From positions 12,835 through 76,834 of the forward strand of contig JAUCBJ010008006.1 in the NCBI GenBank assembly GCA_032718475.1: DNA of 64,000 nt, written 5' to 3'. This DNA is from Nemertoderma westbladi. Taxonomy: Eukaryota > Animalia > Xenacoelomorpha. The translations under genes were made by a program, and so were the position numbers. The notes under the pieces are model-generated. The model was not told where the DNA came from. It was given only the letters and a program-made list of their open reading frames with translations, and ran no database searches. Below, in pieces: positions 24,199 to 37,672 of this stretch (position 1 is the first letter of the stretch; every line of letters starts with the position of its first letter).

Positions 24199-25797
24199 CT
24201 GCAGATGGAACGCCAGGTGCAGGTCGGATCCATACGAGGAGACACTGGCTGCAGATGGAACGCCAGGTGCAGGTCGGATCCATACGTGGGGACATTGGCT
24301 GCAGATGGAACGCCAGGTGCAGGTCGGATCCATACGAGGGGACACTGGCTGCAGATGGAACGCCAGGTACAGGTTGGATCCATACGAGGGGACACTGGCT
24401 GCAGATGGAACGCCAGGTGCAGGTCGGATCCATACGAGGGGGCACTGGCTGCAGATGGAACGCCAGGTGCAGATGGATCCATGCGAGGGGACACTGGCTG
24501 CAGATGGAACGCCAGGTGCAGGTTGGATCCATACGAGGGGACACTGGCTGCAGATGGAACGCCAGGTGCAGGTTGGATCCATACGAGGGGACACTGGCTG
24601 CAGATGGAACGCCAGGTGCAGGTTGGATCCATACGAGGGGACACTGGCTGCAGATGGAACGCCAGGTGCAGGTCGGATCCATACGTGGGGACATTGGCTG
24701 CAGATGGAACGCCAGGTGCAGGTCGGATCCATACGAGGGGACACTGGCTGCAGATGGAACGCCAGGTGCAGGTTGGATCCATACGAGGGGACACTGGCTG
24801 CAGATGGAACGCCAGGTGCAGGTCGGATCCATACGAGGGGACACTGGCTGCAGATGGAACGCCAGGTGCAGGTTGGATCCATGCGAGGGGACACTGGCTG
24901 CAGATGGAACGCCAGGTGCAGGTTGGATCCATACGAGGGTACATTGGCTGCAGATGGAACGCCAGGTGCAGGTCGGATCCATACGAGGGGACATTGGCTG
25001 CAGATGGAACGCCAGGTGCAGGTCGGATCCATACGAGGGGACATTGGCTGCAGATGGAACGCCAGGTGCAGGTCGGATCCATACGAGGGGACACTGCCTG
25101 CGGATGGAACGCCAGGTGCAGGTCGGATCCATGCGAGGGGACACTGGCTGCAGATGGAACGCCAGGTGCAGGTTGGATCCATACGAGGGTACATTGGCTG
25201 CAGATGGAACGCCAGGTGCAGGTCGGATCCATACGAGGGGACATTGGCTGCAGATGGAACGCCAGGTGCAGGTCGGATCCATACGAGGGGACATTGGCTG
25301 CAGATGGAACGCCAGGTGCAGGTCGGATCCATACGAGGGGACACTGCCTGCGGATGGAACGCCAGGTGCAGGTCGGATCCATGCGTGGGGACATTGGCTG
25401 CAGATGGAACGCCAGGTGCAGGTCGGATCCATACGAGGGGACACTGCCTGCGGATGGAACGCCAGGTGCAGGTCGGATCCATGCGAGGGGACATTGGCTG
25501 CAGATGGAACGCCAGGTGCAGGTCGGATCCATGCGAGGGGACATTGGCTGCAGATGGAACGCCAGGTGCAGGTCGGATCCATGCGTGGGGACACTGGAGC
25601 AGATGGAACGCCAGGTGCAGGTCGGATCCATGCGAGGGGACATTGGGTGCAGATGGAACGCCAGGTGCAGGTCGGATCCATACGAGGGGACATTGGCTGC
25701 AGATGGAACGCCAGGTGCAGGTCGGATCCATACGAGGGGACATTGGCTGCAGATGGAACGCCAGGTGCAGGTCGGATCCATACGAGGGGACACTGGA
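24199..25797. repeat. 50-bp satellite, ~32 copies
   Basis: Unit GCAGATGGAACGCCAGGTGCAGGTCGGATCCATACGAGGGGACACTGGCT. Confidence 0.98.
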
Positions 25798-25989
25798 GCA
25801 AGATGAACAGTGTGAAATTCTTCGGTTGATCCTCCGCAGAGGCGACATGCGCCTGAGGGTGTTGGTCGCCAACAGCTACGTGAGCTGCACAGATTTTAGA
25901 TTTTAAGTTTTTAGATTTTCAGATTTTAAGTTGACTTTATAGGCAACTCTCAGGGAGGAGGCGATACCTCGACTTTTTAGGTGGTCGAA

Positions 25990-26580
25990 GTGTGCGCTAG
26001 AGGAATTTTTTGTTGACAATACCACCCCAAGATAGGAAAAACTCAACAAAACCCAACCGGTTGACCCCTATAAGTTAAATTATTATCGGACTGGGCGAGC
26101 CTCCCCCGCCCCCTTCTGAATTTAATGGCCTTTGTTTTCGTCATGTTTACAGTTAGTTTATTTTCTTCGCAGAGTTTGTCTAGTGCTGCTTCGACGTTTT
26201 AGAGAATTTCCGTAGATGGCTAGGTCGTCGGCATATAGAAGGAGGAAGACTCCCGTAACGACTGCTGCTGGGAGATCTGCAATCATCAAGCTGAGTAAAA
26301 GAGGCGACATTGGATGATACCAACCATTTGGGTAATAGGGTCCACAAGACAACTCCCCACACAGATGCAAATAAAGTTTACGGCAATGAGCGCCCATATG
26401 GCCTTTATAAATTTCTTAATTACTCCGAGATTTTGTAGTTTAACACAGAGAAGGCGTCGGTCCACTGAATCAAAGCTTTGGTGAAGTCAATGAAAATACA
26501 AAACATATGACCACTGGGTGCTGCCAAGGTAGATGACACGGAAGAAAGTAGATATCGCACCGCCATAACAGTTGACCTGC
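25990..26580 (-). pseudogene. Degenerate non-LTR retrotransposon (LINE) reverse-transcriptase fragment
   Basis: Minus-strand FIDFTKA(F)DSVD (~26460-26500), SPLLLSLMIADL, LLYADDLAIY, FSYLGVVL (~26015-26040), with frameshifts. Confidence 0.85.
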
Positions 26581-27083
26581 CATTCATTCATTTCATATCC
26601 GGATTCCACAGGCGGTTTAATTATCAAGATTAATATAGAATTAAAAGATATAAAAAGGCACATCTATCAGCGCTTGCAATTCTAGGGTGGTCATGGATTA
26701 ATAAATAAAATTGACTGATGAAATTTGCCCTACGCAAGTTTTGTAAAATAATCAATTAAAACCTCATGGCGTTCCCAATGAGTATTGTATAGTTCAACAC
26801 TGAGAAAATGTATATCAGTCTAAACGCGTTTTTCAGAGATACTTGTCAGGGATGGCAACATTAATAGCCAGGAATAATTTTCATATTGGGTGAATAATTT
26901 GATGTTCTAATTCCATGGCATGCCGCTAGGTGGTGCTAAATATCTCAATTTCAAGGCTTAATAACTTTTGAAGGAGTTTTTTATTTTTATTTAGTAGTTT
27001 TTAACGATAAATTATACATTATACATATATAATGTACAAAGTGGGGCCTTCGTGCAGAACGTCACATGTAGAATTGCAGACCG

Positions 27084-27341
27084 ATACAGCTTGCCAACAC
27101 ATTGTTACTATCAATAATCAAAAATCAGGGGCTAATAAAACGGCAGCTGGCTTTGAAATTAATACCCCATATCTCAAGAACCGGTGGCCTAGTGGTTGTA
27201 GTCTCGGCTTCCACCTCGAGGTCCCAGGTTCGAATCCGACACCACGCTGATGAGACCCAGTAAGGTCGAAACGCGTACGTGGTTTGGAGAGGTATGAGAT
27301 ATTAATTTCAAGAAAAATTACGCGATTCTTAAATTTGTACA
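27084..27341 (+). mobile_element. tRNA-derived SINE / retrozyme-like unit, copy 1
   Basis: Pol III A box TGGCCTAGTGG (27185-27195), B box GGTTCGAATCC (27227-27237), then a hammerhead; duplicated at +414 bp. Confidence 0.8.
27241..27283 (+). ncRNA. Minimal type I hammerhead ribozyme, copy 1
   Basis: Stem I ACCACG/CGTGGT; core CTGATGA; stem II GACC-CAGTAA-GGTC; GAAA; palindromic mini stem III ACGCGT; cleavage triplet GTA. Confidence 0.9.
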
Positions 27342-27497
27342 CTACCCGGTTAAAAAGTACGCATGTGATGGGATTAGTCCTACAATTGCGCCAATAAAAG
27401 ATAAGTTATTTTCGGTAAAATAAACTTATCATTCGAGGTTAAGACCCCTAGATCCCTTCCTATAATAATAAATGTATAATAACAAACACCTCGAAAA

Positions 27498-27771
27498 ATA
27501 CAGCTTGCCAACACATTGTTACTATCAATAATCAAAAATCAGGGGCTAATAAAATGGCAGCTGGCTTTGAAATTAATACTCCATATCTCAAGAACCTGTG
27601 GCCTAGTGGTAGTAGTCTCGGCTTCCACATCGAGGTCCCAGGTTCGAATCCGACACCACGCTGATGAGACCCAGTAAGGTCGAAACGCGTACGTGGTTTG
27701 GAGAAATATGAGATATTAATTTCAAGAAAAATTACGCGATTCCTGAATTTGTACATTGTTACTATCAATAA
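27498..27771 (+). mobile_element. tRNA-derived SINE / retrozyme-like unit, copy 2
   Basis: Same A box, B box and hammerhead; ACATTGTTACTATCAATAA recurs at 27513 and 27753, giving a 240-bp monomer. Confidence 0.8.
27655..27697 (+). ncRNA. Minimal type I hammerhead ribozyme, copy 2
   Basis: Identical to 27241-27283. Confidence 0.9.
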
Positions 27772-28414
27772 ATCATGTAATTTTGACGCTCTCGGGTATT
27801 TTCAACGAAATTCAGATTACGTTACATATTTGGAATCCTTTCATTTTCCAGCTTTACACTTTTTTCAAACGGTTGTAGCTAAAGAATTATAGCAAAAATC
27901 AAAATCCTGGCTCACCAACTAAGGAGGAGGGAGATTAAACTATCTCTGTTTCAAATTTCATGCAATCTCATTAAGATTTGTAGAAAAAGTTGGGAGGCCC
28001 GGAGATACTATCGCAGGCCCGGAGATACTATCGCAGATTCTCATATCTCAGATACTATCTCATATTTAATATGGAGACACAAGAGTATTGTTAGCACAAT
28101 ACAAAGTAATTACATGTCTGGAGGGAGGCATGACCCCGTGCCTTTGAATAAAAGCCGACCTACAAACGGGCATTTACTTAATGATAATACCCTTCAACGG
28201 CTACAGAAATGAACTACCAATAATAAGAACATTCCATATTATTTGGAGGCAATGGCTGAATAGCCGCGTAAAGTTAAACTGCAACAGAGGTGTATGTAAA
28301 CCGAAAGAAATAGGCCACGGTCACTCACAAATGCCTGAATGAGATGATATGAGTATGACAAGCAGCTTTGAAGTATTGGCTACCCCATAAACTATAGAAA
28401 CTGTATGAGATGGC

Positions 28415-29846
28415 AGAGTATCTCCGGGCCAGCCTTAGTATCTCCGGGCCTGAGATAGTATCTCCGGGCCGGACTTAGTATCTCAGGGCCTGAGATAGTA
28501 TCTCCGGGCCGGACTTAGTATCTCAGGGCCTGAGATAGTATCTCCGGGCCGGACTTAGTATCTCAGGGCCTGAGATAGTATCTCCGGGCCGGACTTAGTA
28601 TCTCCGGGCCGGACTTAGTATCTCCGGGCCGGACTTAGTATCTCAGGGCCTGAGATAGTATCTCCGGGCCGGACTTAGTATCTCCGGGCCTGAGATAGTA
28701 TCTCCGGGCCGGACTTAGTATCTCCGGGCCTGAGATAGTATCTCCGGGCCGGACTTAGTATCTCCGGGCCGGACTTAGTATCTCAGGGCCTGAGATAGTA
28801 TCTCCGGGCCGGACTTAGTATCTCCGGGCCTGAGATAGTATCTCCGGGCCGGACTTAGTATCTCCGGGCCGGACTTAGTATCTCCGGGCCGGACTTAGTA
28901 TCTCCGGGCCGGACTTAGTATCTCAGGGCCTGAGATAGTATCTCCGGGCCGGACTTAGTATCTCAGGGCCTGAGATAGTATTTCCGGGCCGGACTTAGTA
29001 TCTCCGGGCCGGTCTTAGTATCTCCGGGCCGGACTTAGTATCTCAGGGCCTGAGATAGTATCTCCGGGCCGGACTTAGTATCTCCGGGCCTGAGATAGTA
29101 TCTCCGGGCCGGACTTAGTATCTCCGGGCCGGAGTTAGTATCTCCGGGCCGGACTTAGTATCTCAGGGCCTGAGATAGTATCTCCGGGCCGGACTTAGTA
29201 TCTCCGGGCCGGACTTAGTATCTCAGGGCCTGAGATAGTATCTCCGGGCCGGACTTAGTATCTCCGGGCCGGACTTAGTATCTCCGGGCCTGAGATAGTA
29301 TCTCCGGGCCGGACTTTATCTCCGGGCCGGAGTTAGTATCTCCGGGCCGGACTTAGTATCTCCGGGCCGGACTTAGTATCTCCGGGCCGGACTTAGTATC
29401 TCCGGGCCGGACTTAGTATCTCAGGGCCTGGGATAGTATCTCCGGGACGGACTTAGTATCTCCGGGCCGGACTTAGTATCTCCGGGCCTGAGATAGTATC
29501 TCCGGGCCGGACTTAGTATCTCAGGGCCTGAGATAGTATCTCCGGGCCGGACTTAGTATCTCAGGGCCTGAGATAGTATCTCCGGGCCGGACTTAGTATC
29601 TCAGGGCCTGAGATAGTATCTCCGGGCCGGACTTAGTATCTCCGGGCCGGACTTAGTATCTCCGGGCCGGACTTAGTATCTCAGGGCCTGAGATAGTATC
29701 TCCGGGCCGGTCCGGGCCGGACTTAGTATCTCCGGGCCGGACTTATTATCTCCGGGCCGGACTTAGTATCTCAGGGCCTGAGATAGTATCTCCGGGCCGG
29801 ACTTAGTATCTCAGGGCCTGAGATAGTATCTCCGGGCCGGACTTAG
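28415..29846. repeat. 20-bp minisatellite with two interleaved variants, ~70 copies
   Basis: AGTATCTCCGGGCCGGACTT and AGTATCTCAGGGCCTGAGAT; inverted copies at ~27996-28040. Confidence 0.97.
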
Positions 29847-30385
29847 AAAAAAAAGGGGGAACCCATGTCCCTTTAGGGGCTCCGTACACATCACCACCCC
29901 CTAAACTATATTTACATACTTTTGTATAAAGTAGTACTTTATAGTATACTGATCCAAGGGGATTGTTTCAAAAGTAGCGTGTGAGTGAGTGAGCGCAACG
30001 AGGATCTCAATACAGTAAAGAGTAATCACGTGTTCTAGTAGGATTCACGCAAAATCTCACCATTTTGTACACAAACTTAAGTTTGTTAATTAATACAATT
30101 GTTATATCGGACATCAATGAACTTCTGAACTTATATAATATTATATACACAAACAATACAATACAATACTTTAAAACGTAATCTATGTGAACTGTGACAA
30201 TAATGAAAATCAAGAGATGAGTTCTAAAACCGTTATAAATTGGCATTAACTTAACTTAGTTATGTAACAATTAATAAAATGTCTTTTTCCTAACAAAGTT
30301 TCAGGTTTGTTTAGGCTCATTGCCCCTAGAGTTTGTAACAACTGTTAGTAGTCAATACTGCCATAAGCGCGACAAAATAAAACCA

Positions 30386-33300
30386 TCAAATACCAGTGGA
30401 CAGGTCGTTTCTGTGATCAGAAAAATATTTATCTGTTTCTTTGAGTTGTTCTAGTTCATCCTCGTCGTAGTCGGATTCTTCGAGGAGAACGTCTTCCAGT
30501 TGGGTTGAATCGTCCCTTTCTTCGCTAGTTAATTCGTCCCTTTCCTCGGCTCGATTCTCAATAACGATCTCCATTGTGGTGATCCCGTCGTCTGGATCCC
30601 CGACTCCGCTGCTAGTAGCCCCTCTATCCTCCACCTCCGCCAAAGTCTCTTTCAACGACTTGTAGCGATACTTGGCGTCCTTTTTCCGTCGGAGCACTGC
30701 GATCTGGGACGCGGGCACGTTCACGCAGGCCGGCACTAACCACGGGTCCACGTACCCGGTGCTTGTCTTAGTTCCCGTGAGGAAGAAGGTGTTGAGATCG
30801 ACGAGATGCGGAGCGACTACCGGGGAGGAAGGTCGATCGGTGGAGGATAAACTCTTGCGAGCCGTCGACTTGGCGTCCGCGGCGCGGGCGATCTCCCTCT
30901 TCGTCCCGGACGAATTCAACTTATCAGAACTACTTGCGGGGACACGAGGTCTGGCCTTCGCGTCTCCGCTTCCAGGAATCTTTGTCCCACTTATTGGAGT
31001 TTGTTTTTTCGTATCGGGAACCCGACTCTTCTGGTTGCCAATGGATTTATCCACAGAACTTACTGGTTGTTTGGTGCCGGAGATCGGAGTTGTTTTAACG
31101 TTTATTCTTCTGTCAGGGGATTCAACGCGAATACTTTTTTTCGGATCGAGGTTAGACACTCTTTTTTTATCCTTTCCAGTTTCTTTTGAATCTTTGACGC
31201 TTCTAACTTCGGGAGTAATCACCTTTGGCGTATTCCGCTGATCAGACGAAACACTTTTTGAAACGCTCTTCTGCTTAGGAGTAGTTCCTTTTGAAATAAT
31301 TCTAATATCAGAAGCAATAACCTTTGAAGTATTCTTTATATCAGAAACTAATCCTTTAGAATCAGCGACACTTCTTTGCACGGGTAATACCCCCTTCGCA
31401 ACGGTCTTATGAAATGTCGTGGTTTCTTTGGTTGGCGCCTTGTACTCAGTTGTAGCCCCTTTGGGAGTGCCCTTATTGCTACCACTGGAAGATAATCGCT
31501 TACGTTCTGGAGTCAAGTTAATTGCGGAATCCCTTACGCTGTCCTTACGAGCGAGCTGAGACGCGACTGCAGTAGGTTCTTTAATTCGATCGCTAGTCGG
31601 AGAGTCGTGGGTTCGATTAGTGGCGGGGGTTGTCGTGAAACTCGCGATGGGATGAGAGGAATTAGCTGAGGATTTCGTTATGGTCAGTTTAATTGGGGGT
31701 TTCTTGATTCGCCGCCCCCCTAATCTGATATGATCATCCTTCCTTATGGGATTACTTAAAGTCGTATGCAACGCATCGAGAGCATCATCTGATTTGCTTT
31801 TCTGTCGCAAAGATTTCCGGCTTATTAAAAGTTTACCCTTTACACTCTTGTGAAATCGCTCGCAATGTACTAAATGGTTCTCGTAGGACCTCTTGTACCT
31901 GTAGACAAGCCCACAAAACGAGCAAACGTGTTCTGTCATTTCGCCAGCGAATTTTTCTACTTTATTCGAAGTGTCAGTGGCATCTTTTTCGGTGCGAATC
32001 TTATCGGAGATCATGTTGGTGATGTTATCGACAGTCTTTAACGGAAACTTCCGCGGTCGTCCACGGCCCAACAGCCTCTTTACATGCGGCTTACCGAACT
32101 GCCCCAGTTGACGCTGTAGGTTTACTTTAGGAACTTTAGTTAACAACTTCGATTGCGTTATCTCGCCATCTTCACCGGAGCAGTCGTCCACGATCTGCAG
32201 CAACGGGGGGGTCGCCGGTGGCTCTGCGGGTTCTAGGTGGTTGATCCCGGACGATCGAGTACCATACGCCCGTTGCTTAGGCGACGTAGAAGCGGACGAA
32301 CGAGTCGCATGGACGGGTGATGACGTCACGGAATCCCCAGTCGCCCCGGGTGACGTCATAGGCTTGATACACATATTTAATTGATTGCGAATTTTAAATT
32401 TCCAACAAGTTTTCTTGTGATAATCTAAAGTTTCGTTGGAGGAGAACGACGTTCCCTTACATCCGGGACACTGAAAGCAACTCTTCTCGGGGGATCGACG
32501 GTACTTGAGTTTATCCAGCGAGATGGAAACGCCCTTTACGGACGATGACGACGAGAAATCTTTAACCATCCCCTTGGAAACGAACTTGGCGGCGCCGGGC
32601 TGGGGCTCTCCTGGATGGGAGCAGCGGCGGGAATGAGCCGCCAGCCTCGGCTGAGACCGACAGTCAAGGAAACACGTGGGACAGTTGAATCGACGCCGAG
32701 TCGTAACCGGTTTCTTAGATTCTACATCGAGTGAGCTCGGCGTCGTTGTAACGGCGACAGGATCCGACTGGATCCCCTCGGGTTCCCGCCGTTGTTGCGG
32801 TGTACTCGACAGTAGTTGCGACGCCTCCTCGCTTAGCTCTGCCGCCCGGAAAGCGGCGCACTTCTTCCGGTGTCGGTACAAACTCTGACTCGTCCTGTAT
32901 CCCTTACCGCACGCCTTGCATTCCCTCAGGGCCTTAATCGGGCCGACGTTGTTGTTACCAACTTTCGGCCGAACTCCATGGCCCATTCTCACCGAGTGGC
33001 CCTTCAGTGGCCGACCAACTTTCCTTTTAACCCCCAATTCCCCGTCGCCAACCCCACCTCCTTCCCCTTTATCGCCGCGTTTCCCCGTTATGAGCACCTC
33101 GTTGTCATTCTGCGAAGAAGCGCCCCCTTCCATCGCTTGGCTCAGTCGCGCCTTACAGTAATACTGCATGTGCTGAGCGAGTTTATTACGCTTGTTTACC
33201 GCGTAAACCTGATCGCAGAAGCGACAGTGGAGTAGGTTCTCTCCGGACACGATCTGGATTCCCCCCGACTCGAGGGCCTCTCGCATCTGCGATCGCGCCT

Positions 33301-33804
33301 CCTGCTTGGACCTCCGCTGCGTCCACTGGTCCCCGGACGGACATTGAACCGAGGCACTCAGCCGCTTCTGCAGTCGGTCCTTGTCCACCAGTCCAATCTC
33401 TTCGCCATCGTGTTCGGGGTAGATATCCGAAAGAGTTTTGAACGTTGGGATGTTATCGGGCAAGGAGTCTGCGTTGCTATGGAGGCTGGTGTTAGTTATC
33501 GGAGTGGCGTTGTTAGGAAGGCTCGCCTTGTTATGCGACCTCGCATCCAACGACCGCCGTTTACCGGACGACTCTTTAATCTTCTGACGAACTCGTTTCC
33601 GCGACGGTTTTACCGAACTTTCAACCGTTTCGCTCCCGGGACAACTTTTCCCGCATTGACGTCGGAGATGCAGGACCAGCCATTGCGCGTTGAGGAAACA
33701 CTGACCGCACCTGTTGCACCAGACCTTGAGACGACACCCCCGACACAGAGGAATGTTGGGTGATGTTGGTTGCTCCGCAACGGGGACTGGACTAGGGTGG
33801 ATTC
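30386..33804 (-). CDS. Host gene, last coding exon: multiple C2HC/C2H2-like zinc fingers, AT-hooks, basic low-complexity region and acidic tail (chromatin/DNA-binding protein)
   Basis: Acceptor ttttctcacttag|; frame open from 33804 to the stop; fingers CNRC..HLRRQC, CRFC..HMQYYC, CKAC..HRKKC, CPTC..HSRRC, CPGC..HKKTC, CSFC..HLVHC; GRGRPRK and KVGRPLK. Confidence 0.88.
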
Positions 33805-33915
33805 CTAAGTGAGAAAATTAGTATTATTTACTTTTAACCTTCAAACCTACAATTTAGTATGGTAGGCCCTATATAAAATTTCGGATTCATCAGAATCATC
33901 ACATGTTCTCACTTA

Positions 33916-36618
33916 TTGATATCGGTTGATATTCTGTATATCACACCGGTTGATATTCTGTATATCACACTGGTTGATATTCTGTATATCACACTTGTTG
34001 ATATTCTGTATATCACACTTGTTGATATTCTGTATATAACACTGGTCGATATTCTGTATATCACACTGGTTGATATTCTGTATATCACACCGGTTGATAT
34101 TCTATATATAACCCCGGTTGATATTATGTATATCACACCGGTTGATATTCTGTATATCACCCCGGTTGATATGATGTATATCACACCGGCTGATATTCTG
34201 TATATCACACCTGTTGTTATTCTGTATATCACACCTGTTGATATACTGTATATATCACACCGGTTGATATTCTGTATATCACACCGGTTGATATTCTGTA
34301 TGTATATCACACCGGTTGATATTCTGTATATCACCCCGGTTGATATTATGTATGTATATCACACCGGTTGATATTCTGTATATCACCCCGGTTGATATTA
34401 TGTATATCACACCGGTTGATATTCTGTATATCACACCGGTTGATATTCTGTATGTATATCACACCGGTTGATATTCTGTATGTATATCACGCCGGTTGAT
34501 ATTATGTATATCACTCCGGTTGATATTCTGTATGTATATCACACCGGTTGATATTCTGTATATCACACGGGTTGATATTCTGTATGTATATCACACCGGT
34601 TGATATTCTGTATGTATATCACGCCGGTTGATATTATGTATGTCACCGCGGTTGATATTCTGTATATCACACCGGTTGATATTCTATATATAACCCCGGT
34701 TGATATTCTGTATGTATATCACACCGGTTGATATTATGTATGTATATCACACCGGTTGATATTCTGTATGTATATCACACCGGTGGATATTATGTATATC
34801 ACTCCGGTTGATATTCTGTATGTATATCACACCGGTGGATATTATGTATATCACTCCGGTTGATATTCTGTATATCACTCCGGTTGATATTCTGTATGTA
34901 TATCACACCGGTTTATATTCTGTATATCACACCGGTTGATATTCTGTATGTATATCACACCGGTTGATATTCTGTATATCACAGCGGTTGATATTCTGTA
35001 TATAACACCGGTTGATATTCTGTATGTATATCACACCGGTTGATATTCTGTATACCACACCGGTTGATATTCTGTATATGACACCGGTGGATATTCTATA
35101 TATAACCCCGGTTGATATTATGTATGTCACCCCGGTTGATATTCTGTATGTATATCACGCCGGTTGATATTATGGACATCACACACGGTTGATATTCTGT
35201 ATACCACACCGGTTGATATTCTGTATACCACACCGGCTAATATTCTGTATATCACACCGGTTGATATTCTGTATATCACACCGGTTGATATTCTGTATAT
35301 AACACCGGTTGATATTCTGTATGTATATCACACCGGTTGATATTCTGTATACCACACCGGTTGATATTCTGTATATGACACCGGTGGATATTCTATATAT
35401 AACCCCGGTTGATATTATGTATGTCACCCCGGTTGATATTCTGTATGTATACCACACCGGCTAATATTCTGTATATCACACCGGTTGATATTCTGTATAT
35501 CACACCGGTTGATATTCTGTATGTATATCACGCCGGTTGATATTATGGACTTCACACACGGTTGATATTCTGTATACCACACCGGTTGATATTCTGTATA
35601 CCACACCGGTTGATATTCTGTATACCACACCGGCTAATATTCTGTATATCACACCGGTTGATATTCTGTATATCACACCGGTTGATATTCTATATATAAC
35701 CCCGGCTGATATTCTGTATATCACACCTGTTGATATTCTGTATATCACACCTGTTGATATTCTATATATATCACACCGGTTGATATTCTGTATATCACAC
35801 CGGTTGATATTCTGTATGTATATCACCCCGGTTGATATTCTGTATGTATATCACACCGGTTGATATTCTGTATATCACCCCGGTTGATATTATGTATATC
35901 ACACCGGTTGATATTCTGTATGTATATCACGCCGGTTGATATTCTGTATATCACAGCGGTTGATATTCTGTATGTATATCACACCGGTTGATATTCTGTA
36001 TGTATATCACGCCGGTTGATATTATGTATATCACTCCGGTTGATATTCTGTATGTATATCACGCCGGTTGATATTATGTATATCACTCCGGTTGATATTC
36101 TGTATGTATATCACACCGGTTGATATTCTGTATGTATATCACACCGGTTGATATTCTGTATGTATATCACGCCGGTTGATATTATGTATATAACCCCGGT
36201 TGATATTCTGTATGTATATCACACCGGTTGATATTATGTATGTATATCACACCGGTTGATATTCTGTATGTATATCACACCGGTGGATATTATGTATGTA
36301 TATCACACCGGTTGATATTCTGTATATCACACCGGTTGATATTCTGTATGTATATCACGCCGGTTGATATTCTGTATATCACAGCGGTTGATATTCTGTA
36401 TGCATATCACACCGGTTGATATTCTGTATATCACACCGGTTGTATATCACACCGGTTGATATTCTGTATACCACACCAGTTGATATTCTGTATATCACAC
36501 CGGTGGATATTCTATATATAACCCCGGTTGATATTATGTATGTCACCCCGGTTGATATTCTGTATGTATATCACGCCGGTTGATATTCCGTATATCACAC
36601 CGGTTGATATTCTGTATG
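33916..36618. repeat. 24/28-bp intronic minisatellite, left part
   Basis: Unit GATATTCTGTATATCACACCGGTT with a +TGTA variant. Confidence 0.97.
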
Positions 36619-36709
36619 TGGGGCAAGCCACGAAGTTGGCGGAGCCTTAGCGAATTGACACTGTTAGGGGGTGGGTCAATTTATGCAAATAGTTGTCGTC
36701 GTCGTCGTT

Positions 36710-36763
<54 letters not shown>

Positions 36764-37672
36764 GTCGTCGTCGTTACGATTTTGACATGCTAATAACTTT
36801 GTCGGATTTAAAGCTGCCAAGTTGAAAATTTGTAGGTATCAATATGAGCAAAAGTTGAGATTTTTGAGAGACTTTCAGACACCATCAGTGCAATGGTCTC
36901 CCGCTAGAGGGCCACATGTCTAAACATTAAATGCCCTCCCATTTCTTTGCTTTTAATCCGTTTAAGCTGAAACTTGGCAGATATGTATTAGACCATTAGC
37001 TGTGACTTTCAAAGGAGACGAATCCATCTGCAGTTCTCCAGTCTGCCGCTAGAGGGCCAAAGGTCTGAAAGTGAAATCGTTGTCGTCGTTACGATTTTGA
37101 CATGCTAATAACTTTGTCGGATTTAAAGCTGCCAAGTTGAAAATTTGTAGGTATCAATATGAGCTAAAGTTGAGATTTTTGAGAGACTTTCAGATACCAT
37201 CAGTGCAATGGTCTCCCGCTAGAGGGCCACATGTCTAAACATTAAATGCCCTCCCATTTATTTGCTTTTAATCCGTTTAAGCTGAAACTTGGCAGATATG
37301 TATTAGACCATTAGCTGTGACTTTCAAAGGAGGCGAATCCATCTGCAGTTCTCCAGTCTGCCGCTAGAGGGCCAAAGGTCTGAAAGTGAAATCGTTGTCG
37401 TCGTTACGATTTTGACATGCTAATAACTTTGTCGGATTTAAAGCTGCCAAGTTGAAAATTTGTAGGTATCAATATGAGCTAAAGTTGAGATTTTTGAGAG
37501 ACTTTCAGACACCATCAGTGCAATGGTCTCCCGCTAGAGGGCCACATGTCTAAACATTAAATGCCCTCCCATTTCTTTGCTTTTAATCCGTTTAAGCTGA
37601 AACTTGGCAGATATGTATTAGACCATTAGCTGTGACTTTCAAAGGAGGCGAATCCATCTGCAGTTCTTCAGT
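36619..37672. mobile_element. Insertion in the minisatellite: (GTC)n microsatellite plus ~3 tandem 315-bp units; resembles Helentron/DINE-1-type non-autonomous elements
   Basis: (GTC)n at ~36692-36772; GTTACGATTTTGACATGC starts at 36773, 37088 and 37403; the family call is an inference. Confidence 0.55.

Noticed and set aside
24153-25906. Six ORFs over 500 aa as genes
   Set aside because: By-products of a stop-free 50-bp satellite
27179-27246. Functional tRNA gene
   Set aside because: A and B boxes are present, but no acceptor stem forms and the 3' side is hammerhead stem I
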